From positions 186,001-250,000 of the forward strand of contig VJWM01000238.1 in NCBI GenBank assembly GCA_010909165.1: a stretch of 64,000 nt of DNA, read 5' to 3'. A model generated the notes under the pieces. The model was not told where the DNA came from. It ran no database searches and worked only from the letters and a program-made list of their open reading frames with translations. Made by a program: the position numbers and the translations under genes. Each line of letters begins with the position of its first letter. The stretch's first letter is position 1. Source of the stretch: Anthoceros angustus. Its lineage: Eukaryota; Plantae; Anthocerotophyta. Below, piece by piece: positions 59,921 through 64,000 of this stretch.

Positions 59921-61905
59921 GAGCCTCGGACCCACAGAACTTAGACATTGGTAAATAATATTATGTTTAGGTCACCTTTAAAGGTGACAGTTAATGGGCA
60001 TGTTACTGTGATATTCAGGTCTAGGCACCATTAACAAATAGTTGTGAAGAGAGAGTGCAAAGAAGAGCGCTAGGAAAAACATTAACTAATTGTACTCCCA
60101 ATGGGGTGTAATAAAGATGGGGGCGGGAGAGAAGAGAGAGGGTCCTTATTCTGATCATGTTGCAATTGCATGAGCGAATTCATAAACAATGCGTATGAGA
60201 GAGGGGATGTAGTTAAGAGGGTGAAGTAGGAGAGAGAGCCAGGTTCGTGTTAAGATTGTTTGCCCACTTGGGGAAAGAAATGACAAACTTAATACCAGGC
60301 CTCCAAATGATGTTGCAAGTTAGAAGTGTAACATAAAATTGCAACAACGACTGTAACCTAGGCTGCCCTTTCTAGTAGGGATGGAGGCTGAATGTATTCA
60401 TACATGGACGGAGGCAGACGACATTGGCGAATACTGTTCGGGTTATGGGAAGCTGGGGTTTCCGGAGCCGCCCCTCTACGGAATCGAGACACGCTTCCTC
60501 GTCATGCACACCGGGTTGAAGAAACAACAGAATTCATAGGAGCTTTGAGGCTGGCAAGAAAAGAATTGTCCATACATGCCTGTGAATTGGATCCAATTTG
60601 GGAATGTAGATTTGTTGTGGGTGCTTGGCGATGAATGCAACCATGTTGAGCTTGCAGACCATTGTTGCTGGTGACCTCTTTTGCATTGACACCGATTCAG
60701 TGGAAGGCATTTGCCTCCCTCGCAAAGTATATGTTATATGTGGCTAAAGGGAATGAAACAAAAATAGAGATTTCATAAATGTCCCGCAATGGAAACTGTA
60801 ACGTGCGTGGCTGTAACGAACGGCACCTGTTATGTCATAACAAGAGATTACTTGAAGTGTAACAAGACATAAACGCCCCCGCTCAAAATGGCGTGTCCTT
60901 GACCACCGCTCGCGCCGTCTGCATGCAGGAAGGCGGGCTGCATGGGGTTTTGTGCAGGGTTATTTGAAAGGGCAGATCATTTATCACATGTCATCAAAAG
61001 TGCACTCAAATCTTCTCGGCAGATCTTCGCACCACCGCCGACGAAGAGTACTGGATGGCTTCTACCATGGACCAATTTTCCTTGGTGCAGGTCATTTCTA
61101 CAACATGGCAAAGAAACCAGTCCAGTGCAACCGGATGGTGTGTCGTCCGTAACCCCAATACGCCTTCCATACTTCTGACCCAATTATGCGGTAAGTCACA
61201 CATGGTTGGCGCACTAATTGACTGATGGTGCTCGGCAACATGAGAGGAATGGCTGTGAACATGGCAGGTGGCGGCCTTGAGGAATTCAACATCCCATCTC
61301 CATGGTCGGTGACTTGCACGCAGTGGGGATACGCGATCGCATGGAGTTCCCCCACTGCTAGACACGGTAAGACCACACGATCCCGTCTCCTTCCAAGCGA
61401 TTGGCCGATCCAGAAAGCCCAGATGTAAGGTAGCTGGGGATTCTACAAGGCTGTTCTCAGAGGGAGTATGCAAATATGGAACCGGACATGCTCCACCACA
61501 TTCCTACTACCCTGATTGTTCTGTCGGCTGCTTGCCTGTTGGGTGATGCTGAGGTGCCATTCAGTGTTGGAATCGAAGCAACCTTATGGTTGGATCGTAC
61601 ATGAGAACTGATGTCGGCTGCTGGCAGGTACCCGATTTCCCTGACGCTTGGACTCTCGGGGCAAATGGCATTGCAGTCGTCCCGAGGCGAAGGCAATGGA
61701 AGTTTGCCGATCATGCAACACTCAGCCTATCTCCACCCCGTGAGTGGAGGTTTATGGGAGGTCAAGGACATCTTGCGACTGAGCCGCTGCTGACCGTCGT
61801 CTGTGCCTTGCATAATGCTTGGGGTCGAGCTTTGTTGCGGCTGGTGGGCAACTGGGGGCTACGCATTGATGTTGTAGAAATGGGCCACCTTCAGTTGTTG
61901 ACCAC

Positions 61906-63017
61906 ATGGACAACACGCAACTGCTACAGTGTTTGGTGAGAAAACATGAAATGTTGTGGGTTCGAGAGCGGTTGGCGCAGCCCATGGCACCCATGGCAAC
62001 GCGAACCGCGCGGGCTGAGGAAGTGGAAGGAGGGGCAGGAGGCGCTGCCAAGGTGAATGAGTTGCTATTCGGGGGCTTGACAGCTCCAAGACACAAGGAA
62101 TTTTTGGAACTCATTCGGACAGAGGCTACCAACGAGATACCAGGTAGGCGGAGCGAGTTGTCAAAGTCGAGGAGGAAGACATTATGCGAAGATGTGCTGG
62201 CACATTTTCCGGACTTGATAGTGAAGGGGCAGGCTGCCCATTTTTTTAGCCAACATACAAGGAGTCAAAACCAACGGTATGTAGACGTAGCCAAGGCTTG
62301 TGCCTTAGAGGAAAAACAGGTGCGGGGAAACAGGTCCTCAAAATTCAAGCCACCCATGGCGGATGACAAGGTATGGCAAGAGGTACTTACATGGGCACGG
62401 GTTGAACTTCGACAGCATGGAAACTTTTTGCCCTCTAAAAGCTCAACTAGCTGCAAAGGCAAGACTCATGAAGACGGATGGCGAGGGGCCTAACCAGTAT
62501 GGACGTTGTGGGAAGAAGAGATGGATCTACAAGTTCCAGCAGAAGCATGGGAGGGATCCAACGACTGAGGAGCTTGAATTTGGGGCTCCTCCTAAAACAT
62601 ATAAAATGCATGGGTCGCGGGGAGGCGGAGGGTCAATGGAAGGATTTCTCGCTGCGTGCAAAGCTAAGAAGGAGGAAGGAAGAGGAATCTAATCCACCAA
62701 GGGAAGGCAGGATATCGGACCAGGAACATGTGGCGGACAAAGATGACGATGATAGCGGGGAGGAGGATCAAGTAGGAGGTAATGGTGTCTTTGAGGACCA
62801 AATATCAAGTGACGAAGTACGCTCTGTGGACGACAATGACGATGACGAGAATGGGGATGCGGAGGGAGAAGATGGGCAAGAAGGGGAAAGAGAAGGGGAA
62901 GAAGAGGATGAGGAAGAGGACAATGGGGAAGAGGACGAGGAGGATGAGAAACGCCGGGGGAAGCCGAGGCCCGAGGAAGAGGAGGGTCATGAGGAAGACG
63001 CCCAGAGATGGAGGTAG
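61906..63017 (+). pseudogene. En/Spm TnpA-like (Ptta/Transposase_24-type) ORF remnant with acidic tail
   Basis: KPPMADDKVWQEVLTW and KFQQKHGRDPTTEELEF resemble the PP...W..L...W and G..PT..EL segments of CACTA ORF2 proteins. Long D/E-rich C-terminus; same orientation as and downstream of TnpD; frameshifted. Confidence 0.55.
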
Positions 63018-64000
63018 GTCGTGAGATGATGGAGTGACTGGACTCTAAAAGTGCAATTCGAAGAAGAACCGAGGTCGGTGATGACCAAAACCCATAGCGA
63101 AATTGCCGACGCAGTGGCCCCACATATGGAAGTCCGAGTAACAAGGGCCAGGGCAGCTTCAATGAAAGGGAAGACGTGCGGGGGGAAAGCGGGTCATCGG
63201 TTTCCTGTGTAAGATTGGTGTTCAATATTGGTCACTTTGTTGTTTTCGATATCGCATCATCGCCGCTTTTGATTTTGGTATACATGCAGAACCTCGCCAT
63301 AAGCCGGGATCATCACGGAGAAAGGCGGAGCAAACGCAAGGCATCGAATGTGTAGAAGGTCGCGAGCGAAAAGGCCAAAGGCCGCAATCGGCTCCGGAGG
63401 ACAAAGCCGTCAAATACCCCGCTCGCGAGTACGATTAGATAGCCATATGCATATGGCATATGGTGCATTGGCCTTCACTGCTGGCCATGATACATGATAC
63501 AACGATTTACAAATGATGTGGAATTAATGCCTATATTGTTGGTGGTGTATGCCAAATATGCAGAACAATACATACAATCCTCATACATACAAATACGTCA
63601 AGATGTTTTCACGTTAAATACGGCAGGTATACGGATGGGCGAAAAAAAGGTGGCAGGCTGGCAATACCCTATGCCCAAATGTCATTTGTCGAGAAGCCGA
63701 ACACCCTAGGGGGAAATCGAAAGGTGATGTGTGGCATCCATAAAGGGGCATCCATGGTCCACAGTCCGCCCGCTTCATCGGGGGTGGCGTGCGGGCGCAT
63801 GAATGTGGCTTGTGCACGAACAGGCGCCGCCTTCTGTCGAAGGCAAACCAACTCGCCTAAACCATGGTCACGAATCCAAGGCCCAATCCTGCCCTGAACT
63901 AGAACTGTTACAACGAATCACATTCTAACAATTTAATTGTAATGTTCGCTGGCTCGGTGGACCGAATCAGAACCGTTACAATGGGAATTATAATGTAACA

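Larger units (their letters stand above)
58099..60380. mobile_element. Non-autonomous CACTA-superfamily element with CCCTA termini, 2282 bp, 3-bp TSD ATG
   Basis: Left: atg|ccctactagaaagagcgggtcatgttaca. Right: tgtaacctaggctgccctttctagtaggg|atg. This is a ~29-bp imperfect TIR with the first 13 bp perfect. Many gttaca/gttgca subterminal motifs on the left, inverted on the right. Confidence 0.9.

Noticed and set aside
59503-59922. 139-aa S/P/L-rich ORF
   Set aside because: Translation of the CCT tract.

Overview
Land-plant nuclear DNA; taxon inferred from the gene families, the GT-AG intron and the TE types. The first ~15 kb holds two intact host genes on the minus strand. One is an intronless KUP/HAK/KT potassium transporter (896-3286). 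The other is a two-exon CYP86-clan (CYP94-like) cytochrome P450 (9473-11650) whose I-helix lacks the canonical catalytic Thr. Between and after them lie a decayed PIF/Harbinger transposase, several tandem duplications and an L1-type LINE fragment. From ~21 kb to the end the window is a transposon nest. It contains a ~4.7-kb solo LTR (23661-28337) and a related Athila-like Ty3/gypsy element (28468-52299; tRNA-Asp-type PBS, gag with CCHC knuckles, PR-RT-RH-INT, PPT, near-perfect 5-bp TSD). It also contains En/Spm (CACTA) TnpD- and TnpA-like remnants and a 2.3-kb non-autonomous CCCTA-ended element with an ATG TSD. The most unusual feature is that the very large LTRs carry a ~3-kb (~1000-codon) coiled-coil ORF upstream of the LTR TATA box, conserved at protein level between two diverged LTR families. 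The retroelement region is full of 1-3 nt deletions and stuttered 0.3-1.5 kb duplications that may be assembly or consensus artefacts. All alignments and translations were done by eye, so internal TE coordinates are approximate.
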